In this document: piece by piece, positions 13,216 to 24,800 of the stretch | How positions within the stretch are numbered: position 1 is the stretch's first letter | Layout of the letters: the number at the start of each line of letters is the position of its first letter | DNA from: Nemertoderma westbladi | Taxonomy: Eukaryota; Animalia; Xenacoelomorpha | NCBI GenBank assembly: GCA_032718475.1 | Contig: JAUCBJ010002733.1 | Span: 1 to 47,198 of the forward strand | Length of the DNA: 47,198 bases | Reading direction: 5' to 3' | Translations under genes and position numbers: made by a program | Notes under the pieces: generated by a model | Told to the model about the DNA's origin: nothing | Databases searched by the model: none | The model's input: only the letters and a program-made list of their open reading frames with translations

Positions 13216-14307
13216 CTACTACTACTAGGATCGGCATGCTGCATTGCAGCTGCATTTTTAAGAATGCTGTGCCGGCTTGTCAACAAAATTGCACCGCCAC
13301 AACTCCCTATTACCCATAACATTTGCTAGATCATCCGCATCTTTAAGGCCAGTGTCCTTTAAGATGCGTCTCAAGAAAGTCATGGGCTGTCCACCATGCT
13401 TATTCACTCCATGAGGTTGCCAAAGTACAAGATTATGCACTGGCTGGTCCTCACGGCGATAGCAATGTCCTGCAAAGCGGAGGCGATTTTGTTCTAGTGT
13501 CAAGCTTGGGGGAACCAATGAGACACCTCCAATGTTATATAGTGTCTGGTTGGAGATGTGTGCATTGTACTTGACACAATGAACCCGGCGTAGCATTCTT
13601 GTGAATGTGCCATCCAGAGATTTGGTGTCCTCAGCAGTTAGAGCCCAGCATGGACTCCCGTAGAGGAGTACTGGAACTACTGCTGCTCTAAATAATCGGA
13701 CCTTAAGTTTCCGATTAATTCTCGGTGACTTCCAAATCCTGGAAAGCCTATCCAAGGCTGCCCATGCCTTTCCCTTACGTATTCGAAGGTCCTCAGCTGA
13801 CTTCCGGATCCATGATCCCAGGTAACAGAAGTCGTCCACATGCTCAAGCATACCATCCTTTGAGCTTATGCTCATCCGATAAGAGACTTGCTGAGGACTT
13901 TCAAAGTTAACTGTCAGAAATTTGGTCTTTCTGGAGTTAATAAAAAGACCAACACTAGAAGCAGCATGTTCTAATGAGCTGAGGAGCCGTTGGGCTCCCT
14001 GTAATGATTCTGAGAGTACTCCTAAGTCATCAGCAAAGTCTAAATCAGTTAGGTACTTGGCAGGATTTCCTCGACTTCTGGAGCCAGTAGGTGGAGTTAT
14101 CATCACCCCATCATCATTATAATGATCTAAGGCCATGCGTAGAACATAGTCAACCACAATAATGAACAAGAATGGTGCAAGTGTGTCTCCTTGGAGGACG
14201 CCCCATAACACTTCAAATGGTTCTGTGTCACCGTCAACAGTAGACACAAATGTTGTCGAACCATCATATACTGATCTGATTGCTGCAATAATTTCATCAG
14301 GAATCCA
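13216..14307 (-). mobile_element. 5'-truncated RTE LINE (same family as 760-2218), ORF still open
   Basis: ORF 13258..14247 with GVLQGDTLAPFLF, DLDFADDL, DDFCYLGS; (TAG)n tail; TSD TAGGCAAATA at 13206-13215 and 14308-14317. Confidence 0.95.
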
Positions 14308-15146
14308 TAGGCAAATAGTGCAAGTACAGTAACGGATTCAATAAAAGTCCATTAGGAAACAAGTAGTAACCTTTCCTTTAGGAAATCACTTGGAATTTGC
14401 CTAATGTAAGTCTACCTAAATCGGCTAAATATCAAAGTATAGAAGTATATGTCATTGAACCCGCTGAACCTACAGGAGTAGAGAGAGCACACTATCTCGC
14501 ATCGCGTTTGATCAAATAAATCTTCCACAATTCTCCGTTTAAAGTTCGTTGACCCCCCCCCCCCCCCCACACCACACGCACATGAAGGGAATGCTTTATC
14601 ATTGCGGGTATATTAGTTACATATTGAAAATTAATTTCGTATAATTGCAATGCATTCCTATCACCCATTGCAACAAGCTTATGCTATAATAACATTATAT
14701 GGTTTTATTCTTGTCATGGCGAAAACGAGCTGCGATAACTATATAATTGGATGTAATTGCAATGCAACTCAATCCACGGTACCGTAACTACAGTAACAGT
14801 AACAGTATAGGGTTCTACTGCACCTGCACATTTAAACGTGGTCTAATCTCATTGGATAACGTGTTTATGGATAACAAACCCACGTTGTGTTGGTATGAGG
14901 CCGCATTCTATTGGAGCAACCGTTTTAGTTTCAGAGGTGATGGCGTCATATTTTATTACATCCAAACACAAGTCTATCGCTAGGATACGGTGGCTGAATG
15001 TGGCCACTTTAATATAAATAATCGTTTTTCTTTAAAGGTACAAGTTCACCACGGCTCAATAACGTAAAGAAGCAAGTTACAGATGAAGGTTGAAAGGAAC
15101 CAAAACATTAAACGAGAGTTAGGAATATTGTAGAAAAAACAAAAAC

Positions 15147-16056
15147 CAGGCTCACTCGTGAGCCAGGATGAGTCAGACTCACACGTGTGTCAGGCTAAGC
15201 CGTGATTCAGGCTCACCCGTGAGACAGGCTTACACTTGAGTCAGGCTCACCCTTGAGTCAGGCTAAGCCGTGAGTCAGGCTTACCCGTGAGTCAGGCTCA
15301 CCCGTGAGTCTGACTCAGCCGTAAGTCAGGATCACCCGTGAGTCAGGCTTACACTTGAGTCAGGCTCACCCTTGAGTCAGGCTCACTAGTGAGTCAGGCT
15401 CACCCATGAGTCAGGCTTACCCCTGAGTCACACTCACCCGTGAGTCAGACTCAGCTGTGAGTCAGGCTCACCCGTGAGTCAGATTAACCCGTGAGTCAGG
15501 CTTACCCTTGAGTCAGGCTCACCCGTGAGTCAGACTCTGCCGCGAGTCAGGCTCAACCGTAATTCAGGTTTACCCTTGAGTCAGACACACCCGTGAGTCA
15601 GACTCAGCCGTGAGTCAGGATCACCCGTGAGTCATGCTCACCCTTGAGTCAGGCTCACCAGTGAGTCAGACTCAGCCGTGAGTCAGACTCACCCATTAGT
15701 CAGGCTTACCCTTGAGTCACACTCACCCGTGAATCAGACTCAGACGTGAGTCAGGCTCACCAGTGAGTCAGGTTTACCCTTGAGTCAGGCTAACACTTGA
15801 GTCAGACTCAGCTGTGAGTCAGGCTCACCCTTGAGTCAGGCTCAACCTTGAGTCAGGCTCACCCGTGAGACAGACTCAGCCGTGAGTCAGGCTCACCCAT
15901 GAGTCAGGCTTACCCTTGAGTCACACGCACCCGTGAGTCAGACTCAGCCTTGAGGCAGGCTCACCAGTGAGTCAGGCTTACCCGTGAATCATGCTCACCC
16001 GTGAGTCAGACTCACCCGTGAATCAGGCTCACGCGTGACCCATGGTGAGCCGAGCT
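15147..16056. repeat. 17-bp minisatellite (~50 copies), unit GTGAGTCAGGCTCACCC
   Basis: Direct reading; most units contain TGAGTCA. Confidence 0.95.
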
Positions 16057-16535
16057 TACTTTTCACTATTTATTTTCACTCACTCACTAACGTTCGTTCG
16101 TGTAACAAAACACTCAGATCATCACACTGTAAAGTGCTACTTTACACACAAGAATGTTAATAGTTATTGTCACATTATGTCAACTTAAAAGCCTTCTTGA
16201 AAATTACTCGTACCGCAGCGCTGCAAAGTACTACTTTGCAGCGTTGCGGCCTATAGGACGGAACGCTGCAAAGTAATCAATAACATGAAAACAACTTAAA
16301 TTACCGTATTCCAGAATGTATTATTTCCATTTTTAATGCGTGCGTCTAGTTTGAAGTGATGGGACTAGCTAATGTATGTAAATAATTCTTTAACGATTAA
16401 GACTGTGTCGAAACGTTATGAAGACATTGCCATTGAAGACATGACAAGACCGAGAAAAGGATGTTATAGTTGCCGATATTTCAACCAAACAGTATAATTG
16501 CAATTTATAAAATAGTTACAATACAGATACCAATA

Positions 16536-17600
16536 CACAGTGGGCCAGAAACCATGTTTTGTGGCCAAAATGCATTAATTCGGAAAGTGTTCATGTTTTA
16601 AGAAAAATGTTTCTCCAATACGGGTTTTAAAGTGTTCTAAATCGTTTGGGAAGGGTTTCGAGTTATCAATGTTTGGCGTTGTGCCATTTCTTGGCACGTG
16701 CCAAAATTAACATATTTGGGAAATATGATAAACAATGCCACAATGCCGCAGCTTTCCCAGAGTGCTGATGCGATTTCAAATAGTTTCCAATTCCGCGGTG
16801 GCACAGATTAGACAACTTAGGCACGTGGCACATGTTTGAGGCATATGGCACAAAATATCAAACTTACTACAGATAGTCAGAAATTGACAATTTTTAGTGT
16901 TTAGAGGTTTTAGAGGGTGCTGATTCAATTGCAAATAGTTTCAAATTCCGCTATCACTCAGACGTGCCACTTTAGCATGTGGCACATGTTTGCGGCATAT
17001 GGCACAAAATATCAAACTTACTACGGATAGTCAGAAATTGACAATTTTCAGTATTTAGAGGTTTTAGAGGGTGCTGATTCGATTGCAAATAGTTTCAAAT
17101 TCCACTCTCACTTAGACGTGCCACTTTAGCATGTGGCACATGTTTGCGGCACTTTGGCACAAGATACAAATATATCTACTGCTAGATAGAAATTAACAAT
17201 TTTCATTATTTACAGGATTTCAAGATTGCTGATACGATTGCAAATAGTTTCAAATCCCGCTGTTCCATAATTGTGCCACTTTAGCATGTGGCACATGTTT
17301 GCGGCACATGGCATAAAATATCAAAATTTGTCCTGCCAGACAGAAATTGACAATTTTCAGTACTTATGGGTTTTCAAGCATGCTGATACGATTGAAAATA
17401 ATTTAAAATTCCGCTATCACCCAGATGTGCCAGTTTAGCTTGTGACACTTGTTTGCGGCACATGCTGCATGGCACAAAATGTCAAAATCTATACTGCTAG
17501 ACAGAAATTGATAATTTTCGGTATTTACAGGTTTTCGAGGGTGCTGATTCGATTAAAACTGGTGTCAATTGTCCATCTCGTTTATAAGTGCTATTTTCGG
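16536..17600. mobile_element. DNA-transposon-like element (possibly Transib-like end) with ~154-bp internal tandem repeats
   Basis: Starts CACAGTGGGCC; GTGGCACATGTTTG recurs at ~154-bp spacing about five times. No matching right TIR or TSD found. Confidence 0.45.
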
Positions 17601-17862
17601 AAAGTACCAACAGTGAAATCCTACAATTTTGGTATTGATATCCGTATTTGGATGTCATTTTTGGTCCTTTTGGGCAAATTGGGGCAACCCAGTTTAGCAA
17701 TAATTTTGTTGTATAGATGTTGATCTTTCATTTGAATGGCAGGTTGGGGCTTAGCAAGGCGTAGCAAAAAAAATTTTGATCCCAAAAGTTCTAGAACACA
17801 TATTATAAAGATATTTTTGTGGTTTTTAAAGAATATCACTTTTAGTACATATTTGCATTTAA

Positions 17863-17950
17863 ACCCAGGTGTGGCCCATTTAACCCAGGTGTGGCCCATT
17901 TTGCCCCAGAGGTGGCCCATTCTACCCCAGGGTCCCAGAGGTGGCCCATT
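17863..17950. repeat. ~20-bp tandem repeat CCCAGRTGTGGCCCATT-like, 4 copies
   Basis: Direct reading. Confidence 0.8.
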
Positions 17951-18602
17951 CCATTTTACCAGACATTTTCTGGGACTCTGGACTATTGGCCATTGGCCAT
18001 TGGCCCATCAGGCCAATTATGGCAAGGGTCCAAAATCACATTTTTTATCATTAATATCGTACAAGGATAAGGTACCAAGGTTAAACAATGACTCGTTAAT
18101 TAACTGGGAATTGTATCATTTGGAAACTACATGAAACCTGGTCGTTCCGTGATGCATATTCTGTAAAGAGATATTGTGTTTTTGCCAGGAAGAACTATCA
18201 GGGACAGCCATAATACAGTGCAAGGCCGAAAAATTGGACATTGTGATACTTAAATCGAACTACAAAAAAACTTTTTTACTTTTTTTTTATTTTTACTCGT
18301 ACTTACATTAATAATTTTCATCAATTCATATATTTCTACATAATATACACTCTACGGCACTGTACTATACAGCAGGCTGCTATGGAATAGCTATGCCTGT
18401 AAAATTTGATAAATTGAATGCTGATTAACACAATTATCCGCAATTTCATACCCACACACTGTTGTATTTCATGTATAATAACAATAGGAATAATATTTAT
18501 AATCGCGAACCAATTATTTGTCATTCGACACATAGCGAATACCGCGTGTTTCAATGCATTACAATCCAAATTATTACTTACCAAAGCTACGCGAACTTTT
18601 TC

Positions 18603-18610
18603 TATATAAA
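18603..18610 (+). promoter_or_regulatory. Candidate TATA box of the ShKT gene
   Basis: TATATAAA lies ~110 nt upstream of the ATG at 18716. Confidence 0.55.
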
Positions 18611-18715
18611 CTTCACTTGCCCTGAAGACATAAACATCATTCTTTACATTTAATACAAACTATTCGGTTAAACCGAAGAGAAACCTCAACCAGTTTATTC
18701 CGTTCCTAACCAACA

Positions 18716-18812
18716 ATGATTATCTTTATTCTTCTACTCCTCAGCCCAACTACTGTCTTCGGAAGTTGGTGGGGTGGATGTTCTTGGTGGTCGTCTTGTT
18801 CCAGCACAACAG
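18716..18812 (+). CDS. Exon 1: signal peptide + Trp/Cys motif (MIIFILLLLSPTTVFG-SWWGGCSWWSSCSSTT)
   Basis: ACAATG start context, hydrophobic N-terminus, donor ACAG|GTCAGT; in frame with exon 2. Confidence 0.85.
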
Positions 18813-21800
18813 GTCAGTTTCTTATTGTGTCATTATCATTTTTAAATATATATGGAAATATATATTTATTACCTATTTCATATATTTCTTTTTGTTTTTT
18901 AAAATTAACATATAGGCCTCATAAAATCTATGCTTTTTCATTACTGTTATTGCATTGTATTGCAAACTTCTTACTGTACCATCAATCTCATCAAGCGGAA
19001 ACAAAAACCCACCCAAACCCATTCGTACCCAACCCAACCCTCTCTCCCTCCCCCATTCGTACCCAACCCTCTTTCACCCGTTCGTACCCAACCCTCACTC
19101 CCTCCTTCCCCTTTTCGTACCCAACCCTCCCTCCACACCTTAATACCAACCATCCCTCCCTCCCTCCCCCATTCGTACCCAACCATCCCTTCCCCAATTC
19201 GTACCCAACACTCACTCCCTCTTCGTACCCAACCCTCCCTCCCTCACCCGTTCGTACCCAACTCTCACTCCCTCCTTCCCCTACCCAACCCTCCCTCCAC
19301 ACCTTCATACCAACCATCCCTCCCTCCGTCCCCCATTCGTACCCAACCATCCCTCCCCACATTCGTACCCAACCCAACCCTCCCCACATTCGTACCCAAC
19401 CATCCCTCCCCACATTCGTACCCAACCCTCACTCCCTCTTCGTACCCAACCCTCCCTCCCTCCCCTATTCGTACCCAACCCAACCCTCCCTCCTTCCCCC
19501 GTTCGTACCCAACCCTCCCTCCACACCTTCATACCAACCATCCCTCCCTCCCTCCCCCATTCGTACCCAACCCTCCCTCCCTCCCCCATTCGTACCCAAC
19601 CATCCCTCCCCACATTCGTACCCAACCCCCACTCCCTCTTCGTACCCAACCCTCCCTCCCTCCCCTATTCGTACCCAACCCAACCCTCCCTCCTTCCCCC
19701 GTTCGTACCCAACCCTCCCTCCACACCTTCATACCAACCCTCACTCTCTCCCTCCCCCATTCGTACCCAACCCTCCCTCCACATCTTCATACCAACCAAC
19801 CCTCCCTCCCTCCCCCATTCATACCCAACCCTCCCTTCCTCCCCCATTCGTACCCAACCCAACCCTCCCTCCCTCCCCCATTCGTACCCAACCCTCCCTC
19901 CCTCTTTCCCGTGTTCGTCTCCAACCCAACCAACCCTCCTTCGCCCGTTCGTACCCAACCCTCCCTCCCTCCTTCCCCCGTTCGTACCCAACCCAACCCT
20001 ACCTACCTCCCCCAGTCGTACCCAACTCTCCCTCACCCGTTCGTACCCAACCCTCACTCCCTCCTTCCCCCGTTCGTACCCAACCCTCACTCCACACCTT
20101 CATACCAACCATCCCTCCCTCCCTCACCCGTTCGTACCCAACCCTCACTCCCTCTTTCCCCCATTCGTACCCAACACAACCCTCCCTCCTTCGCCCGTTC
20201 GTACCCAACCCTCCCGCCTCCCCTGTTCGTACCCAACCCTCCTTCCCTCCCCCGTTCGTACCCAATCACCCCCCCCCCCCCCTTCCGTACCCAACCCTCA
20301 CTCCCTCTTCGTACCCAACCCTCCCCCCTCCCCCATTCGTACCCAACCCTCACTCCCTCCTTCCCCTGTTCGTATCCAACCCAACCCTCCCTCCTTCGCC
20401 CGTTCGTACCCAACCCTCACTCCCTCTTCGTACCCAACCCTCCCTCCCTCCTTCCCCCGTTCGTACCCAACCCGTCCCTCCTTCCCTCCCCCATTCGTAC
20501 CCAACCCTCCATCACCCGTTCGTACCCAACCCTCCCTCCACACCTACATACCAACAATCCCTCCCTCCTTCCCCTGTTCGTATCCAACCCAACCCTCCCT
20601 CCTTCGCCCGTTCGCACCCAACCCTCCCGCCTCCCCTGTTCGTACCCAACCCTCCCTCCCTCCCCCGTTCGTACCCAACCATCCCCCCTCACATTCGTAC
20701 CCAACCCTCACTCCCTCTTCGTACCCAACCCTCCCTCCCTCCCCCATTTGTACCCAACCCAACCATCCCTCCTTCGCCCGTTCGTACCCAACCCTCCCTC
20801 ACCCGTTCGTACCCAACCCTCCCTCCCTCCCCCATTCGTACTCAACCCTCCCTCCCCCATTCGTACCCAACCCAACCATCCCTCCTTCGCCCGTTCGTAC
20901 CCAACCCAACCCAACCCTCCCTCCCTCCCCCATTCGTACTCAACCCTCCCTCCCCCATTCGTACTCAACCCTCCCTCCCCCATTCGTACCCAACCCTCCC
21001 TCCCCCATTCGTACCCAACCCAACCCTCCCTCCCCCATTCGTACCCAACCCTCACTCCCTCTTCGTACCCAACCCTCCCTCCCTCCCCCATTCGTACCCA
21101 ACCCAACCATCCCTCCTTCGCCCGTTCGTACCCAACCCAACCCAACCCTCCCTCCCTCCCCCATTCGTACTCAACCCTCCCCCCTCCCCCATTCGTACCC
21201 AACCCAACCATCCCTCCTTCGCCCGTTCGTACCCAACCCAACCCAACCCTCCCTCCCTCCCCCATTCGTACTCAACCCTCCCCCCTCCCCCGTTCGTATC
21301 CAACCCTCCCTCCCCCATTCGTACCCAACCCTCCCTCCCTCCCTCCCCCATTTGTACCCAACCCAACCCTCCCTCCCCCATTCGTACCCAACCCTCACTC
21401 CCTCTTCGTACCCAACCCTCCCTCCCTCCCCCATTCGTACCCAACCCAACCATCCCTCCTTCGCCCGTTCGTACCCAACCCAACCCTCCCTCCCTCCCCC
21501 ATTCGTACTCAACCCTCCCCCCTCCCCCGTTCGTATCCAACCCTCCCTCACCCGTTCGTACCCAACCCTCCCTCCCTCCCTCCCCCATTCGTACCCAACC
21601 CAACCCTCCCTCCCCCATTCGTACCCAACCCTCACTCCCTCTTCGTACCCAACCCTCCCTCCCTCCCCCATTCGTACCCAACCCAACCATCCCTCCTTCG
21701 CCCGTTCGTACCCAACCCAACCCAACCCCCCCTCCCCCGTTCGTATCCAACCCTCCCTCCCCCATTCGTACCCAACCCAACCCACCCTTCCCCATTCGTA

Positions 21801-24800
21801 CCCAACCCAACCCTCCCTCCCTCCCCCATTCGTACCCAACCCAACCCTCCCTCCCTCCCTCCCCCATTCGTAGCCAACCCTCCCTCCCCCATTCGTACCC
21901 AACCCAACCCTCCCTCCCTCCCTCCCCCATTCGTAGCCAACCCTCCCTCACCCGTTCGTACCCAACCCTCCCTCCCTCCTTCCCCCGTTCATACCCAACC
22001 CAACCCTCCCTTCTTCCCCTGTTATTATACGTAAGGGGAAGGCATGGGCCCCAAGAAATTGTCTGTACAGGATTAGGAAATCCCATAGGAAAAAACGGAA
22101 TCTCTTTGTTCGATTATTTATAATAATACAATATAATAAATATTATCTGGCCTAATTAACATGTAATTCTAAGTAATTTGTAAATTTACTTTCTTTCAGA
22201 TCCATGTTGGGGTGTTGATTGTGGGGTAAATGCTCATTGCGATGCGATTACTGGATGGTGCGAATGCGATGACCTTATCAATCACGTAATGCTGTTAAAT
22301 GGAAACTGTTTTGAAGATCGTAAGTACCTATTAATTTCAGAGGAATGATGTTCGTGTATTTTATTTAATAAAAGCGAAGAGGGCGCTAAATTCCTGTAAG
22401 TGTGAGTAAAGTGTAATAATTATTTGTTTCCGACAATTATAGTACTCAAACACATTCACGATACACATACAAACATTTGAAAAAGGGCCAAATTATAAAC
22501 ATGAATATTTATTTCGCATTTTAGCTTGCATTGAAGCTGCAGACCAATCCCAATACTGTGTTGGTTGGTCTATGATCGGAGAATGCGATAACAACCCAGG
22601 ATACATGTATGTTGATTGTCAGGAGTCTTGCGACAAATGCAACGACGGTATAAGTAAGTGATTATTTGATTGCTTAGTTTGAATTTTTATTGTTGTATTA
22701 ATTTAGGCCTATATCATTGAAATCTACGAAGAATTCTGCTGTGTATGGAATTAGTTTGTTTTTCTTGAATTCTGACTTTTTTTGTTTTGTTTCTTTAAAT
22801 TGTTATATTTTCCCATTATGTTACAGTTTGTGTCGAAGAAGATGATCAATTTCCAGATTGTGCCGGGTGGTCTACGACGGGTGAGTGTACAGCGAATCCT
22901 GGCTGGATGTACAACAATTGCCAAACAAGTTGCGACCGATGTGGTGATGGAACAGGTAAGACTAGCTAGCAATAAACAAACGCTACAGTAGCTTTTAAGA
23001 GATAGAAGACCCATTTAACTTGATTACTTAATGGTGTGCTCAACCCACCACGACTCCCCGCCCCCTCCCTCCCTCACCTCACCCGCCATATCCAGTCCAG
23101 TAATTACCTATCTAGCAAAGACTAGTGGTATTTACCACTGTTGTCAGTGGTAGTTACCATTTGTTTGCCTTTAATTTCGGCTACTGGTGTCTTATACTGT
23201 AGGTGTCTTATACTGTATAATTGTTGTATTGTTTCTATGCCTACATAATATTATTATTATTATTATCATTATTTTTTTTTCCTGAACTTGGATCATTTAT
23301 TAAATATATATTATATAGATGAAGTTGCACAGATTGCACTGTATCCTGCCCTGCTAAGATTAAAAAAACACCACCGCGAAGAGTCTACATAAACCTCATC
23401 CCGAGTCCCCTCCGTCCCTCTTCCCTACTAAACCTTCCGCTGCTGTACATAATTTCCCAGTTTCCTTAAGCGGTCGAGGTGACCTGTGGGTCTTGGGTGT
23501 CCAGGTACATAACGGAGGACCGCAGCAAGGCAAAGTTCAATCTGTTGCGGACTAGGGATACGGTCCGGGATTGGGTGTCTTTCTTCGCTGATAGAAGGAG
23601 GGAAATCCAGTTTATAAGGGCATGTGCGTGCACTTCGACTTGTCCCACTTCCCACCCTTCGTGGCTGCCATAACGAATGAGGCAGAACCCCGAGTGTATT
23701 TACGGCGTTTCTCGCGTTCATGTTTTTTGTATGGAGCATTATTATATTTTCATTATTATTATCCTTATAGTATGCGTTGAACTACCAAACGACAATTCGC
23801 ACTGCGCAGGTTGGGCTGCTATTGGGGAATGCGGAGCCAACCCCGGTTACATGAACGTTCACTGTCAGCACAGTTGTGATTACTGTCAGGATGGTGGAGG
23901 TAGGTGATGTACTGTATATGTATGATGCTAGACTACTGCTTCAGTATCTCTCTGTAGGGTGAGTGAGAGAGACTTGAGACTCTTTAGCTTAAAAAGTCCT
24001 CAGTCTACCTAAGTCTCTTTTGTCTGTCTGTACAGTAATAATCTTAGACTGGATAAGTATTTTGCGACCATTACATCCTGGTACGACTTGGCTTCCTTAA
24101 ATTACGACTGTTTCAAACCATTTAAGAGCGTTTAAATCCCACCCCAAAGCCAAATATAAACTAAAGATAAGTAGCAATTAATAATTGGTGCTGCGTTTTC
24201 TATTGTGGAATGTCTTTCCTGCTTGGAAGTTTAGACTGGCGCCATGGTTGCCAGCCTATCTTCAGCAGGCTATCATCACTGTTCCTTATCACTTTAAACA
24301 GGCCCAGCAAAAATTAAACCCCATCTGGTATAACTACATATGTTAATCACTATGTTAATAGACTCCATCGTATACGACCTGACAAATTAGCAGTAAGGTT
24401 GATTGAACATAATGATCTACATAAGTAATTTGTAATATAATTAATTTTATTAAAATTATTGCAAAAACTGAATGTCAAATGGGAGTTTACAAAAAATCCT
24501 GTGAAATCTTATTATTCTTCTTTCCATCTCAGCATGCGTTGAAGATGCTGACAGGAACGAACACTGTCCAGGGTGGGCTGCAGCTAACGAATGTATCGAT
24601 AACCCATCCTACATGTACAACTACTGTCAAACCTCATGTGATTACTGCAGTGATGGGCCTGGACGTAAGTAACAAATTTACATAATTATTTATAGTATTA
24701 AGTTACGAAAAAGTAGTCGTTATTTAACTAAGTTGCCTATACGAAAACAAAATTCATTTTTTTTATACAAAACCACTTATAATCTACGAGTTTACAAGAT

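Noticed and set aside
16536-16575. V(D)J-type RSS / RAG transposon end
   Set aside because: The CACAGTG heptamer is present, but there is no correctly oriented nonamer at 12 or 23 bp, no partner end with a TSD and no RAG-like ORF.
19008-22020. CRISPR-like constant core with variable spacers, or genuine extensin/Gly-rich genes on either strand
   Set aside because: Linkers are low-complexity variants of each other. ORFs are open in many frames because of base composition, and the region is bracketed by good splice sites.
22028-22049. 22-nt match to the RTE (TACGTAAGGG.AAGGCATGGGC) at the satellite end
   Set aside because: Too short to call an element; may be a tiny remnant or chance.
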